This document shows, in pieces, positions 19,201-28,364 of a stretch of 64,000 nt of DNA; position 1 is the stretch's first letter; each line of letters opens with the position of its first letter. The stretch spans positions 1,312,001 through 1,376,000 of the forward strand of contig OZ242011.1 in the NCBI GenBank assembly GCA_965204755.1, in the 5' to 3' direction. The stretch comes from Candidatus Marinacidobacterium sp. (lineage in GTDB: Bacteria; Acidobacteriota; Vicinamibacteria; Marinacidobacterales; Marinacidobacteraceae). The notes below the pieces were generated by a model. That model saw nothing but the letters and a program-made list of their open reading frames with translations, did no database searches and had not been told where the DNA came from. A program made the position numbers and the translations under genes.

Positions 19201-19345
19201 GGCCGAAGACAGCGCCGCGGCGGGCGCCACGATCCGCCGCCAGGTGGAATGGGCCCGGCGTCTCGGACTCGTCGAAGCCGGCGGAACCGGCGTCTTCCGG
19301 TTGAACTCCCTGGTCCGGAGTCGCCTCGCCGAGTTCACCGACTGA
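13256..19345 (+). CDS. Giant (~2030 aa) hypothetical protein with a C-terminal STAND-like P-loop NTPase and a degenerate second module
   Basis: PELFYGRE, Walker A GGRQLGKT (~17366), Walker B LLLLLDEAD (~17641), TNYYP helical motif, wHTH-like segment; later TGGWP and a terminal wHTH-like segment. Confidence 0.8.
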   Translation: MPSLPVGLPARYTDPETGFRDLCRFLGIPNRQYLQRLAAHQRVREFFRREKASFKNLKTAERLRAKLTRFLSDPSSRREIWIVRRKDSRIAFPSFELQALKPYDESEKAPSEEALRRSLEDIPKTDGIPGKTSEWQTPAVNAWPAIREDISRFDELDEEHREVASAAVFAVATLLDHRGFLEWAAESVDDLEPEFAFALGVEDPSEEDIAEWSRVHDEKWEDAYGEFFDFVSAAGRSGVPPDRFDETIRRVEALGRLRDEIVADRAAALLLGELFEKLHSILKGAAEKCGAAWLTALLPETKERWKTRYSPVGTEGREAFQADLSRLGEALPDALESWERADIEVGEAEAERQRLASEGSPETDWTIEDRIVGLQERVAAASRRRVEARRRVIEIIAPRPDAPDPPKPRPTKKKARRGKAPDRAAKGKRAGTTGEPAAEGPAKGASRRAAAERDPAKEARAAEGRGRPSKPKSADAERQPPARPEERPKEGPGETPKGRPTRRPEGPAGRAPRSLPGPAKTAGAAEADRAPAAPPPRPPPPAVVPAPEPHREAAAAWTALHEGRPGAAFFIARLADPQPDRAPVLPPADLIAATALAAEVRAPGDEFAAALRPILSAIDPEGFAAADARGQDALNLLLFSSTLAPALFAPATGAPSLLRRIHTTEPLSAVYTLATRIAEYAERLHGTPLDISLLRSALGTASREKQLDEVGRRIREWSVAVKAKTNPLPRAAQVLTALLTNGCLADLTEAVASGRPADRGRVERILEELGATRLPALSEGVTREFEALVHHSDRRTGARPINEKALRQLWKHVHPAIEHAHEWLRLVSRSTGERKGYLRDLIVSLRRDLEEESDKALSAISEVEAAAPDASELAAGLSRARSAISTLRHIFDRRALSAAPPPKPEIVRYGDLALVTALDLGADLRPRAPFDRGAVLEVLLDREGHAATRSAAFRGRLARVDLVGAGLALSTMEARGDEGTADCRRDLIETAEQRRFTLNEELAKETARIEGAFCQGRLGDERNDLAARLVSLAQALAAPGRPGEPGAGVVEAVVGAERELEEIRRAAGTMSAKRIAAARRRLEELPESADRQGLAEARAAIDAGHLLTAHEYLLQLEQGESFLRPPEEPSPFREFVSRAAVLDEALPRYEPERVIAGLSRRQGLAGIRFGELDAEQAERGARLLKAWYRLAAKRAYDQPLLQRFLEELGFTGCRVSADRGTRSYLGSMDFERLADRDLCPSRQFGSEADGRYRLLLNWAPNVEEAITRSVGVSGDSPTLVLHFGCLGASREGLRRLALRDQRLFLVLDHSLAVFLASRGSGLSAFFRAALPFASADPYAPTSGAVPPELFYGRERERRDIADRSGACFIYGGRQLGKTALLRRVENDFNETSGQVALWIDLKVHEIGYARGPRDIWPLIRDGLSERGVLSRRRGELDPANLRHIETLLKAMAEWVAGRKDRRLLLLLDEADEFLSQDAGSDFRESARLKGLMDRTDRRFKVVFSGLHNVLRTTQQANHPLAHLGEPVRVGPMLGGRDERKSAEALVRQPLEAAGCRFERDDLIHRVLAQTNYYPSLIQLYGAELARRVRDLQKPFPYLVSDAELDEAYGSSELRDAIRERFLLTLQLDPRYEVIAYALAFELKDHPVLNDGMGRDEIRDAAEGWWPDGFRIPDIEFHMLLEEMDGLGVLRSLDGSRYTLRNPNVLLLLGNTEQIEKNLDKPRSLPATYEPASFRARYPREGPRAKRRGPLTYLQEDRLRRPGVAVVTGNRAAGLAEVEAFLSQRSEQRNGVEEFRVLPRPNGLDDFVRRLGRISPPAAGVSVNLVPLDTRWNTQWLDAARQFCRTRRNSLRIRVVFQADPEQLWRLEDEFPVADWPGIDRIEVRPCDAIFVRSWLDDVNLQHDEETITELLEVTGGWPAGLFELNTGPTKDWSFRIAELRKKAARTPSGEQLGLASNPAAAEALRRLAELEEPFSQETIELLAEDSAAAGATIRRQVEWARRLGLVEAGGTGVFRLNSLVRSRLAEFTD

Positions 19346-19449
19346 GCGCCCGGCGACCGGGCGGAGCGACCGGGTTCCCGCGCCGGGTCGGCATGCGCCG
19401 GCCGCGGCCCGACAACGGGTCCCGACCGGCCGTAAGGCGGAAGTCCCTG

Positions 19450-19803
19450 CTACTCGACGAACTCGATTCGAGCCATGGGGGCGCCGTCGCCGGCCCTCGG
19501 CCCCAGTTTCAGGATCCGCGTATAGCCCCCCGGCCTGGTCTGGAACTTCGGCCCGACCTCGGAGAAGAGGTGGCGGACCACCTCCTTCTGCGGCAGGACC
19601 TGGAGCGCGCGCCTTCGGGCGGCGAGATCCGAACGGCGGGCGAGAGTCACGAGCCGCTCCACGAACGGCCGCACCTCCTTCGCTTTGGCGAGCGTGGTCC
19701 GAAGATGCCCGTGCCGGATGAGCGTAGCCGCCAGATTCCGCAGCAACGCTCGGCGGTGCGAGGGGCGGCGCCCCAACTTCCGGTGGGCGTTACGGTGCCG
19801 CAT
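19450..19803 (-). CDS. rplQ: 50S ribosomal protein L17
   Basis: MRHR...KLGR...[10 protein letters not shown]...[12 protein letters not shown]. Confidence 0.97.
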   Translation of the reverse strand: MRHRNAHRKLGRRPSHRRALLRNLAATLIRHGHLRTTLAKAKEVRPFVERLVTLARRSDLAARRRALQVLPQKEVVRHLFSEVGPKFQTRPGGYTRILKLGPRAGDGAPMARIEFVE

Positions 19804-19816
19804 CTTCCCGTGCCCC

Positions 19817-20764
19817 TCAGCCGGCCCCCATGCCGAGATGGAGGTTCATGTTCTTCAGCACCTTCTCGATTTCCTCGATGCTCTTCCGCCCGAGGTTGCG
19901 CTCCTTCATCAACTCCTCGGCAGTCCGCACGACCAGTTCTCCGATCGTGCCGATGTCCGCGTTCCGAAGGCCGTTGAAGGCTCGCACCGAGATCTTGTCG
20001 CCGATCTCGTCGATCGACTTGTAGCGATGGGTCTCGAAGGCGATCTGCTCCTCGTTGACCACGACTGCTTCGGCGTCCTCGCCGTCCCCTCCGGAAAAGA
20101 TGCCGAGCATCTCCCGGAGCACGCGAGCCGAAGTGAACAGCGCATCGGTGGGTTTCACCGAGCCGTCCGTGTGCACATCGATGACGAGTTTGTCGAGATC
20201 GGTGTCCTGGCCCACGCGCGCCGGCTCCACCGTGTAGTTCACCTTGCGGACCGGGGAGTGGGTCGAGTCGAGCGGGATGTAGCCGATGTCGAGATCCTCG
20301 TCCCGGTTCTGGTCCGCCGGAATTCGACCGCGCCCGTTCTTGACCCGCATCTCGATGTCGAGGTCGCCCGGCTCGGTCATCGTGGCGATGTACACATCGT
20401 CCTGCAGGACTTCCACATTCGGATCGGTCTCGATGTCCGCCGAAGTCAGGACCCGGGGTTCCTTCGCTCGCAAGCGAATCGTCCGGGGAACATTCCCGTG
20501 CAGCCGAAGCGGAACCGTCTTCAGGTTCAGGATCATGTCCATCGTGTCTTCCTTGACTCCGGAGATCGTGGACATCTCGTGCCGCACTCCCGCGAACCGG
20601 ACGGCGGTGACCGCCGCGCCCCGGATCGAGTCGATCAGCACGCGGCGAAGGGAGTTCCCCACGGTCACGCCGTAGCCGCGCTCGAAGGGCGCCGCCGAAA
20701 AGCGACCGTAAGTCTCCGTGCTCTCGACGACCTTGACGGCGCGAGGCCGCTGCAGTTCAGACAT
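19817..20764 (-). CDS. rpoA: RNA polymerase alpha subunit
   Basis: [36 protein letters not shown]. Confidence 0.97.
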   Translation of the reverse strand: MSELQRPRAVKVVESTETYGRFSAAPFERGYGVTVGNSLRRVLIDSIRGAAVTAVRFAGVRHEMSTISGVKEDTMDMILNLKTVPLRLHGNVPRTIRLRAKEPRVLTSADIETDPNVEVLQDDVYIATMTEPGDLDIEMRVKNGRGRIPADQNRDEDLDIGYIPLDSTHSPVRKVNYTVEPARVGQDTDLDKLVIDVHTDGSVKPTDALFTSARVLREMLGIFSGGDGEDAEAVVVNEEQIAFETHRYKSIDEIGDKISVRAFNGLRNADIGTIGELVVRTAEELMKERNLGRKSIEEIEKVLKNMNLHLGMGAG

Positions 20765-20789
20765 ACGCCTCTCTCGTTTCCTCGCGGCG

Positions 20790-21422
20790 TCAGCGCGAGT
20801 ACAACTCGACGATCAGCTGCTCGCGGATCTTGAGTTGCGGATCTTCACCGCTCGGAAAGGTCAGCACCCTCCCCCCGGCGAATTCTTCGGTCTCCCGCTC
20901 CAACCACTCGGGAACCTGCCGGCCTTCGGCCGCTTCCAGCACGCGGTTGAAGAATTCCTTCTTGCGGGTCTTTTCCCGTACGCGGACCACATCGCCGCGA
21001 GTCAGGATGCGGGACGGGATGTCCACCCGGCTGCCGTTCACCTCGACATGCCCGTGCCGCACGAACAGCCGCGCGGCCGCCCGCGAGGGCGCGAACCCCA
21101 GCCGGTACACGACATTGTCCAGCCGCCGTTCCAGCAACTGCAGCAGGAAGGTCCCGGTCACCGCCCGCTCGCGTTCCGCGCGCTTGAAGTAGAGCCGGAA
21201 CTGCCGCTCGAGCAGGCCGTAGGCGCGCTTCGCCTTTTGCTTTTCGCGCAACTGCAGGCCGTAACCCTGGACGCGGCTGCGCCGCGTCTTCCCGTGCGCT
21301 CCGGGAGCGAAGTTCCGCTTGTCTATGGCGCACTTCGCGCTCAGGCAGCGGTCCCCCTTGAGGAACAGTTTGGCCCCCTCCCGCCGGCAGAGCCGGCAGA
21401 CGGGCCCGCGGTATCTGGCCAC
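20790..21422 (-). CDS. rpsD: 30S ribosomal protein S4 (Zn-binding type)
   Basis: MARYRGPVCRLCRREG, LERRLDNVVYRLG, IVELYSR. Confidence 0.97.
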   Translation of the reverse strand: MARYRGPVCRLCRREGAKLFLKGDRCLSAKCAIDKRNFAPGAHGKTRRSRVQGYGLQLREKQKAKRAYGLLERQFRLYFKRAERERAVTGTFLLQLLERRLDNVVYRLGFAPSRAAARLFVRHGHVEVNGSRVDIPSRILTRGDVVRVREKTRKKEFFNRVLEAAEGRQVPEWLERETEEFAGGRVLTFPSGEDPQLKIREQLIVELYSR

Positions 21423-21434
21423 GAGCGGTCCTCC

Positions 21435-21836
21435 TTAGGTCCGGCGCTTCTTCGGCGGCCGGCAGCCGTTGTGGGGAAGCGGAGTCACATCGCGGATCGT
21501 CCGCACTTCGATTCCGGCGGCGGAGACGGCGCGGATGGCGGCCTCCCGTCCCGATCCCGGCCCCTTCACGCGAACTTCCACCTCGGTGCAGCCGAGTGCG
21601 CGCGCTTCCCGCGCCGCCGCGCCGGCCGCCTGCTGCGCCGCGAACGGCGTCTGCTTCCGCGACCCGGTGAATCCCTGCGCCCCGGCGCTCGACCAGCAGA
21701 CCACATTCCCGGCCGGGTCGGCGAAAGTGATGATCGTGTTGTGGTAAGTGGCCTGGATGGAGACGACACCGGTCGTCAGAGTCCGACGCTCGCGCTTCTT
21801 CCCGGCGCGGCGGCGGGAGGTTTTCTTCTGAGCCAT
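21435..21836 (-). CDS. rpsK: 30S ribosomal protein S11
   Basis: [31 protein letters not shown]. Confidence 0.97.
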   Translation of the reverse strand: MAQKKTSRRRAGKKRERRTLTTGVVSIQATYHNTIITFADPAGNVVCWSSAGAQGFTGSRKQTPFAAQQAAGAAAREARALGCTEVEVRVKGPGSGREAAIRAVSAAGIEVRTIRDVTPLPHNGCRPPKKRRT

Positions 21837-21881
21837 GGTTCCTCCGGAGTTTCGATCTCGGCGCTGCTCGACCCGGGACGC

Positions 21882-22247
21882 TCAGCGCCGCCGTACGCCG
21901 CCGCGCCGCGACCCGCGGCGGGTGCGGGAGTTCGTGCGGGTGCGCTGGCCGCGCGCCGGAAGCCCGCGGCGGTGGCGCAGCCCCCGGTAGCAGCCGATGT
22001 TCATGAGACGCTTGAGATCCATCGAGATCCGCTTGCGCAGGTCCCCTTCTACGCCGCCTTCTTCTTCCATGACCCGCGAGATCGTGCTGATCTCCTCCTC
22101 GGTGAGTTCGCTCACCCGGCGGGCCGGCGCGATCCCGGCTCGGCGGAGGATCTCCGCCGACCGAGCCGGCCCGACGCCGAAGATGTGCGTCAGTCCGATG
22201 TCGATCCGCTTGGCGCGCGGAAGGTCAACGCCGGCGATTCTGGCCAT
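21882..22247 (-). CDS. rpsM: 30S ribosomal protein S13
   Basis: [29 protein letters not shown]. Confidence 0.97.
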   Translation of the reverse strand: MARIAGVDLPRAKRIDIGLTHIFGVGPARSAEILRRAGIAPARRVSELTEEEISTISRVMEEEGGVEGDLRKRISMDLKRLMNIGCYRGLRHRRGLPARGQRTRTNSRTRRGSRRGGVRRR

Positions 22248-22298
22248 GAGTCGTACCTCGGTTCGTTTCCGGGAGGGCGGAGTGGAGTCTCGTCCGCG

Positions 22299-22412
22299 CT
22301 ATCCCTGTCGCTGCTTGTGCCGCGGGTTCTCGCAGATCACCCGGACGACGCGGCGGCGGCGAACGATCTTGCACTTGGAGCAGATGCGGCGGACGGAGGC
22401 GCGTACTTTCAT
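22299..22412 (-). CDS. rpmJ: 50S ribosomal protein L36
   Basis: [19 protein letters not shown]...[11 protein letters not shown], 37 aa. Confidence 0.96.
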   Translation of the reverse strand: MKVRASVRRICSKCKIVRRRRVVRVICENPRHKQRQG

Positions 22413-22422
22413 GGGATTTCCC

Positions 22423-22644
22423 CTACTTGCACCGGTACACGATGCGGCCGCGGCTGAGGTCGTACGGAGACAACTCCACGACCACTCGATCTCCCGGCAA
22501 CACCTTGATGAAACTCTTGCGCATCTTGCCGGACACATGCGCCAGCACCTGATGGGATCCCTTGTCCAGTTTCACCCGGAACATGGCGTTCGGAAGCGGT
22601 TCCACGACGGTGGCCTCGACGGAAATGGCGTCCTCTTTGGACAT
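22423..22644 (-). CDS. infA: Translation initiation factor IF-1
   Basis: [35 protein letters not shown]. Confidence 0.97.
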   Translation of the reverse strand: MSKEDAISVEATVVEPLPNAMFRVKLDKGSHQVLAHVSGKMRKSFIKVLPGDRVVVELSPYDLSRGRIVYRCK

Positions 22645-22648
22645 GTCT

Positions 22649-23479
22649 TTACTCGTACAGGTCCTTCGCGGCCGTTTCGGCGGACCGGTCTCCCTCCGGC
22701 GGGAGGCTGCGCCCGGCCGCCGGCTTTCGCCCCGGAGGTTCGGCGAGCACCCACGGCCCGGACTCGGTCACGGCGATGGACCGTTCGAAGTGCGCGGAAA
22801 GGCTCCCGTCGGCGGTGACCACCGTCCAGCGGTCGCGCTTCACGCGCACCTTCGGCCCGCCGCGGTTCACCATGGGTTCGATGGCGAGAACCACGCCCGG
22901 CACGAGTCGCTGACCCCGGCCGGGAATCCCGAAGTTGGGAACCCACGGCTCCTCGTGGAGAGCGGTTCCGATCCCGTGTCCCCCGAAATCCCGCACGATG
23001 GAGTAGCCGTTCCTCTCCACCCGGGTCTGGACCGCGTTCCCGATATCGGAGAGCCGGCCGCCGGGTTGCGCGGCGGCGATACCGGCGTAGAGCGCCGCCT
23101 CGGCGACTTCGAGGAATCGGGAGAGATCGCGGCCCACTTCGCCCACCGGAACGGTGGTGGCGTTGTCTCCGTAATACCCGTCCACGATGCAGCCGAAGTC
23201 CAGCCCCACGATGTCCCCCCTCTTCAGGCGCCGCCAGCGGGAGGGAATGCCGTGCACCACTTCGTCGTTGATGGAGACGCAAAGCGAGGCCGGGAAGCCT
23301 TGGTACCCCTTGAAGGCCGACTTCACGCCGTGGCGGCGCAGGTTGCCGGCAGCGACCCGGTCGAGGTGGGCGGTCGTCACTCCGGGCTCCACGCTGCGGC
23401 GCAGGAGGTCCAAGGTTTCGACCGTGATGGCGTTCGCTTGGTGCAATTTGTCGAGTTCGTTCGCGGTGCGCGAAATCAT
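22649..23479 (-). CDS. map: Methionine aminopeptidase type I
   Basis: [33 protein letters not shown]. Confidence 0.95.
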   Translation of the reverse strand: MISRTANELDKLHQANAITVETLDLLRRSVEPGVTTAHLDRVAAGNLRRHGVKSAFKGYQGFPASLCVSINDEVVHGIPSRWRRLKRGDIVGLDFGCIVDGYYGDNATTVPVGEVGRDLSRFLEVAEAALYAGIAAAQPGGRLSDIGNAVQTRVERNGYSIVRDFGGHGIGTALHEEPWVPNFGIPGRGQRLVPGVVLAIEPMVNRGGPKVRVKRDRWTVVTADGSLSAHFERSIAVTESGPWVLAEPPGRKPAAGRSLPPEGDRSAETAAKDLYE

Positions 23480-24057
23480 ACGGGAGCCCCCGTCAGAACC
23501 CGTTCCGGAAGCGCGGCCGCCAGCCGCCCCGCGATCTCGTCCGGCGAGCCGACTCCGGAGATCTCCTCCACGCGCCCCGAGTAGTAGGCGAGCAGCGGAC
23601 GCGCCTCGGTTTCGTGCACTTCGAGCCGGCGCCGAAAGGCGTCCTCCCGGTCGTCTTCCCGACCGGCCGCCTCTCGCCGCCCGCGCACCCGCGCCTCGAG
23701 TTCCTCCCGAGGAACCGCCAGGTTCACGATGCGGCAGGACGCGCCGAGCCGGCCGAGCACCCGGTCGAGCGCTTCGGCCTGCGCCCGGTTCCTGGGATAT
23801 CCGTCGAGGAGGAAACCGGCTTCGCAGTCCGGGGCCGAAATCCGATCTTCCACGATGCCCAACATGATCCGGTCACCCACCAAACCGCCGGCTTCCATGA
23901 CCTCCTTGGCCTCCCGGCCGAGCGCCGTGTCGTCGGCCACCGCCCGCCGGAGGATCTCGCCGGTGGAAATGTGCGGCGCCCCCAGTCGGCTGGCGAGCCG
24001 CTCCGCCTGGGTCCCCTTGCCGGCGCCCGGAGGGCCGAGCAGGATGATGGCGGTCAC
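23476..24057 (-). CDS. adk: Adenylate kinase (short-LID type)
   Basis: GPPGAGKGTQA, HISTGEILR, LLDGYPR; GTG start. Confidence 0.95.
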   Translation of the reverse strand: MTAIILLGPPGAGKGTQAERLASRLGAPHISTGEILRRAVADDTALGREAKEVMEAGGLVGDRIMLGIVEDRISAPDCEAGFLLDGYPRNRAQAEALDRVLGRLGASCRIVNLAVPREELEARVRGRREAAGREDDREDAFRRRLEVHETEARPLLAYYSGRVEEISGVGSPDEIAGRLAAALPERVLTGAPV

Positions 24058-24068
24058 GCTCCGCGCCT

Positions 24069-25451
24069 TCAGCGCCTTCCCCGGACCCGGCCTCGAGCCA
24101 GGAAACCGTCGTAGTTCCGCATGATGAGTTGACTCTCCACCTGCTGGGCGGTGTCCATCGCCACGCCGACCACGATCAGGATCGAGGTCCCTCCGAAATA
24201 GAAGGTCACTCCGAGGCCTTCCGTGACGAAGGTCGGGAGTACGGAGTCCAGCCAAGCCCCGATCACCGGGATGGGGGCGACCGTGAAGCCGTTCAGCAAG
24301 AACTCGGGCAGCACCGCCACCGCCGCCAGGTAGATGGCGCCCACGAAAGTGAGGCGTCCGAGTACGGAGTCGAGGTACTGCGCCGTGGGCCGGCCCGGCC
24401 GGATGCCCGGGATATACCCTCCGCTCTTCCGCATGTTGTCCGCCACATCGGCCGGCTTGAACACGATCGCGGTGTAGAAGTAGCAGAAGAACAGGATCGC
24501 CGTCACATAGAGCAGCGTGTAGAGCGGCATCCCCCAGCGCAACTGCTCGGCGATCGCCGTCATCCACCGGCTCGCCGGGAACAACGAGGCGAAAGTCTGC
24601 GGCAGGGCGATGATCGAACTGGCGAAGATGACCGGAATCACGCCGCCGGTGTTGATCTTGAGCGGAATGTGCGTGGCCTGGCCTTGGTACATCCGGCGGC
24701 CCACGAACCGCTTGGCGTACTGCACCGGGATCCGGCGCTGACCGCGCTCGATGAACACGATGAACGCGAGCACCGCCACCATGAAGACCACCAGCAGCGC
24801 CACTCCGAGCACGCTCTGCTGGCCTACCCGGATGTTCTGCACGGTGGTGACGATCGCCGACGGGAACATGACCACGATGCCGGCGAAGATGAGGAGGGAC
24901 ATGCCGTTCCCGACGCCCCGCTCGGTGATCTGCTCGCCGATCCACATGATGAAGACCGTGCCGGCGGTCATCGTCAGCACCGTCATCAGCGTGAACCCGA
25001 GTCCGCCCTCTTCCACGAGGCGCATCCCGTCGGCGACCGTCTGGCTTTGGAGGAAGACGGCGATGCTGGCCGATTGGATCACGGCGAGGATCACCGTCCC
25101 GTAGCGGGTGTACTGGGTGATCTTCTTCCGCCCCAAATCGCCTTCCTTGCTCAGTTTCTCCAGATAGGGCCAGACCAGGGTGAGCAATTGCAGGATGATG
25201 GAGGCGCTGATGTACGGCATGATGCCCAGCGCGAACACCGTCACCTGGGACAGGTTCCCGCCGGAGAACATGTCCACGAAGCCGAACCAGGTCGCTCGGT
25301 TCTGCTCGAAGAACGCGGTGAGCGCCGTCGGATTCACTCCCGGAGTGGGAATGTGGTTGCCCAGCCGGTACACGGCCAACATGCCCAGGGTGAAGAGGAT
25401 CCGGACCCGAAGGTCCGGAATCCGGGCGATGCTGCGGAGGCTGGCGAGCAC
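24069..25451 (-). CDS. secY: Preprotein translocase SecY
   Basis: FALGIMPYISASII, GEQITERGVGNG, GGVIPVIFA, IPGIRPG, FGGTSILI. Confidence 0.97.
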   Translation of the reverse strand: MLASLRSIARIPDLRVRILFTLGMLAVYRLGNHIPTPGVNPTALTAFFEQNRATWFGFVDMFSGGNLSQVTVFALGIMPYISASIILQLLTLVWPYLEKLSKEGDLGRKKITQYTRYGTVILAVIQSASIAVFLQSQTVADGMRLVEEGGLGFTLMTVLTMTAGTVFIMWIGEQITERGVGNGMSLLIFAGIVVMFPSAIVTTVQNIRVGQQSVLGVALLVVFMVAVLAFIVFIERGQRRIPVQYAKRFVGRRMYQGQATHIPLKINTGGVIPVIFASSIIALPQTFASLFPASRWMTAIAEQLRWGMPLYTLLYVTAILFFCYFYTAIVFKPADVADNMRKSGGYIPGIRPGRPTAQYLDSVLGRLTFVGAIYLAAVAVLPEFLLNGFTVAPIPVIGAWLDSVLPTFVTEGLGVTFYFGGTSILIVVGVAMDTAQQVESQLIMRNYDGFLARGRVRGRR

Positions 25452-25483
25452 GACTCTCTACCGGCGGCGGCGCGGGCGCGAAG

Positions 25484-25990
25484 TCACCCCTCGGCCCCGA
25501 TCGTCTCGACGGCGCCGCCGGCGCCCTCGATCTTCCGGCGCGCCGATTCGCTGAACGCGTGCGCCCGAACCGTCAAACGGCGCGTGAGTTCCCCGTCACC
25601 GAGCACCTTGACCCGGAAACCGCGGGAACGCACGAGCACCGCCTCGCCGTCGGGCGACGAGGGGGCGTAGAGCCGGGCGCCGTGGACGAAACCGGCCGCC
25701 ACCAACTCGACCTCGGAGACGACGGCGCCGTCTTCGAACCGGTTCAGGTCCGTGAGGTTCACGATCTGGTACGGGCGGCGGAAGATGTTCGTGAAACCCC
25801 GCTTGGGAACGCGGCGGATGAGCGGCATCTGCCCGCCTTCGAAACCGCGCCGGCGGGAGTACCCGGACCGGGAGCGGGCGCCCTTGTGTCCCCGGCCCGA
25901 AGTCTTCCCCGTGCCGGAGCCGGGCCCCCGGCCGATTCGCCGGCGCGGACGCACCGCGCCGGGCGGCGGGCTCAACTCGTGAAGGCTCAC
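25484..25990 (-). CDS. rplO: 50S ribosomal protein L15
   Basis: [35 protein letters not shown]. Confidence 0.96.
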   Translation of the reverse strand: MSLHELSPPPGAVRPRRRIGRGPGSGTGKTSGRGHKGARSRSGYSRRRGFEGGQMPLIRRVPKRGFTNIFRRPYQIVNLTDLNRFEDGAVVSEVELVAAGFVHGARLYAPSSPDGEAVLVRSRGFRVKVLGDGELTRRLTVRAHAFSESARRKIEGAGGAVETIGAEG

Positions 25991-26009
25991 CGCTTCCTCC
26001 GGTCGCGCC

Positions 26010-26231
26010 TCACGCGGACTCGCCGGGCACGATCCGCACCAGGTGCGGCACCCGCGCCACCATCCCCCGAATCATCGGGGTATCCGGGCGAACCGCGACG
26101 GCGCCGATGCGCCGAAGCCCCAACCCGCGCACGACTTCCCGCTGGTACCGGGTCGCGCCGGCGAGGCCGCGGACGAGTTGCACCCGGATCCGCGGCGGCG
26201 CCGCCGGGACCGCGGTCTTGCTCCCGGCCAT
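26010..26231 (-). CDS. rpmD: 50S ribosomal protein L30
   Basis: IRVQLVRG...GLGLRRIG...[14 protein letters not shown]; start uncertain. Confidence 0.92.
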   Translation of the reverse strand: MAGSKTAVPAAPPRIRVQLVRGLAGATRYQREVVRGLGLRRIGAVAVRPDTPMIRGMVARVPHLVRIVPGESA

Positions 26232-26254
26232 GTTCCCCGATCGTCCTCCGCCGC

Positions 26255-26818
26255 TCACGCGCGCATCCGGGATTCGATCTCGGAGACCGTCTTCCCGCGG
26301 AGTTCGGCGACGCCTTCCTTGGAGCGCAGCGAGAGAAGCCCGGCCATGGTGGCCTCGACTACATTCTTGGGGTTCGAAGTGCCGATGGACTTGGTGAGGA
26401 TGTCGCGGATGCCGGCCAACTCGATCACCGCGCGCACGGCGCCTCCGGCGATCACTCCGGTTCCCTTGGAAGCCGGCTTGAGCAGCACCCGTCCGGCGCC
26501 GAAAACGCCGACGACCTCGTGGGCGATGCTGGCCCCGTCGCGCGGGATCGCGGTCAGGTTCTTCTTGGCGATCTCGATCCCCTTCTTGATGGCGGCGGGC
26601 ACTTCCCGCGCCTTGCCGAGACCGAAACCCACCCGACCGTCCTCGTTGCCCACGACCACCAAGGCCGAAAACGACAGGTTCTTGCCGCCCTTCACGACCT
26701 TGGTCACCCGGTTGATGGAGACCACCTTGTCCTTGAGGTCCGGGTCGCCGGTGCGTTCGAGTTGGGTGTTCCGCGGCGTCCGGGGCCCGCGGCGAGTCGG
26801 GTCCGGGGCAGTCAGCAC
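26255..26818 (-). CDS. rpsE: 30S ribosomal protein S5
   Basis: [30 protein letters not shown]. Confidence 0.96.
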   Translation of the reverse strand: MLTAPDPTRRGPRTPRNTQLERTGDPDLKDKVVSINRVTKVVKGGKNLSFSALVVVGNEDGRVGFGLGKAREVPAAIKKGIEIAKKNLTAIPRDGASIAHEVVGVFGAGRVLLKPASKGTGVIAGGAVRAVIELAGIRDILTKSIGTSNPKNVVEATMAGLLSLRSKEGVAELRGKTVSEIESRMRA

Positions 26819-27165
26819 GAGACGCCTCCCTCGCGCACGGCGTCGGCGAGGGCCTTCACCCGGCCGTGGTACTTCGACCCGCCCCGGTCGAACACGACCC
26901 TCGTGACTCCGAGGGCCCGCGCCCGCTCGGCCAGCACGGCGCCCACGCGGGCGGCGCCGGCGGAGGCGCCGCCCGCCTCCATACCGCTCTCGCGGCTTCC
27001 GGCCGCCGCGAGAGTCCGCCCGGAGTCGTCATCGATGACCTGGGCGTAGATGTGGCGGAGCGAGCGGAACACGGCGAGCCGCGGCCGCTCGGCCGTGCCG
27101 GTGATCTTGCGGCGGATCCGGGCATGTCTGCGCCGGCGGGCGGCGCTTCGGGTCAGGGGTCGCAT
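26812..27165 (-). CDS. rplR: 50S ribosomal protein L18
   Basis: [34 protein letters not shown]. Confidence 0.96.
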   Translation of the reverse strand: MRPLTRSAARRRRHARIRRKITGTAERPRLAVFRSLRHIYAQVIDDDSGRTLAAAGSRESGMEAGGASAGAARVGAVLAERARALGVTRVVFDRGGSKYHGRVKALADAVREGGVSC

Positions 27166-27186
27166 GGATGCGTCGTGCCTCGAGCG

Positions 27187-27720
27187 TCAGGCGCCGGTCT
27201 TGCCGGCCTTCTTGATCAGGCGTTCGCCCGTATAGCGGACGCCCTTTTGCTTGTACGGGTCGGGCTTCCGAAGCGCGCGCATCTTCGCCGCCACTTGGCC
27301 GACGGCCTGTTTGTCGAACCCGGACACCACGATGTGGGTGTTCTTCTCCACCTGCACCTCCACGCCGGCAGGAAGTTCGATCTCGACCGGATGGGAGAAA
27401 CCGAGGGCGAATGCGACCTTGCGGCCTTCCACGCGCGCCCGGTACCCGACGCCCACGATGTCGAGTTCCTTCTTGAAGCCCTCGGAGACGCCGGTCACCG
27501 CGTTCGCGAGCAGGGCGCGCGCCAGCCCCCAGCGCGCCCGGTCCGTATTCCCCTCGGCGAGCGAGGTCCGAAGCGTCCCGTTCTCGTGCTCCACCCGAAT
27601 TCCGGACGGGACCGGCGTGACCAGCGACCCCTGCGGGCCGCGAACCGAGACCTCCGACCCCCGGACGGAGACTTCGACCCCGGCCGGGATCGCAATCGGT
27701 TTGGCGCCGACTCTGGACAT
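27187..27720 (-). CDS. rplF: 50S ribosomal protein L6
   Basis: MSRVG, GVGYRA, RKPDPYKQKGVRY. Confidence 0.96.
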   Translation of the reverse strand: MSRVGAKPIAIPAGVEVSVRGSEVSVRGPQGSLVTPVPSGIRVEHENGTLRTSLAEGNTDRARWGLARALLANAVTGVSEGFKKELDIVGVGYRARVEGRKVAFALGFSHPVEIELPAGVEVQVEKNTHIVVSGFDKQAVGQVAAKMRALRKPDPYKQKGVRYTGERLIKKAGKTGA

Positions 27721-27736
27721 CGCTCGTAACCCGGTT

Positions 27737-28132
27737 CTACCAGACGCGGCACAGCACTTCGCCGCCCACGCGCAGGCGGCGCGCCTGGTCGCCGGTCATG
27801 ACGCCGCGCGAAGTCGAGAGGATGGTGATTCCGAGACCGCCCTGCGTGCGCGGGATGCGGTCGTACGACACATACACCCGGGTTCCCGGGCGGGAGACGC
27901 GGTCGAGTCCGGTGAGCGCGTCGCGGCGCCCCGGAAGCCGGCGCAACTCGATGCGCAGCGAGGCCTGCGGACTTCCTTCCCGGCGCTCCCAACCGTCCAC
28001 ATACCCCTCCTCGTGCAGGATGCGGGCGATCTCCTGCTTCACGCGGGAAGCGGGGACCTCCACGGAGTCGTGGCGGGCGAGGATCGCGTTCCGGATGCGC
28101 GTGAGCATGTCGGAGATGGGGTCAGACCACAC
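27737..28132 (-). CDS. rpsH: 30S ribosomal protein S8
   Basis: DPISDMLTRIRN, SRPG.RVY, GLG..ILSTSRG, GGEVLC. Confidence 0.96.
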   Translation of the reverse strand: MWSDPISDMLTRIRNAILARHDSVEVPASRVKQEIARILHEEGYVDGWERREGSPQASLRIELRRLPGRRDALTGLDRVSRPGTRVYVSYDRIPRTQGGLGITILSTSRGVMTGDQARRLRVGGEVLCRVW

Positions 28133-28144
28133 GGGACTTCCCTC

Positions 28145-28330
28145 CTACCAACTCGCCTTGATGACGCCCGGAATCTCTCCGGCGAGCGCCAATTTGCGGA
28201 AACACAGGCGGCACAGCCCGAACTTGCGCAAGTAAGCGCGGGGGCGTCCGCAGTTCAGGCAGCGGTTGTACCGGCGCACGGAGAACCGAGGCCGGGCTTT
28301 CGCCTTGGCGATCAACGATTTCTTGGCCAA
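28145..28330 (-). CDS. rpsZ: 30S ribosomal protein S14 type Z
   Basis: TTG start, AKKSLIAK...RCLNCGRPR...CRLCFR, 61 aa. Confidence 0.93.
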   Translation of the reverse strand: MAKKSLIAKAKARPRFSVRRYNRCLNCGRPRAYLRKFGLCRLCFRKLALAGEIPGVIKASW

Positions 28331-28364
28331 AGGAGTGTCTCCCGATTCGCGAGGCTCGAGGCGC

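Noticed and set aside
23476-24057. Short adenylate kinase as a possible pseudogene
   Set aside because: Intact motifs; the short-LID form is a well-known functional class.
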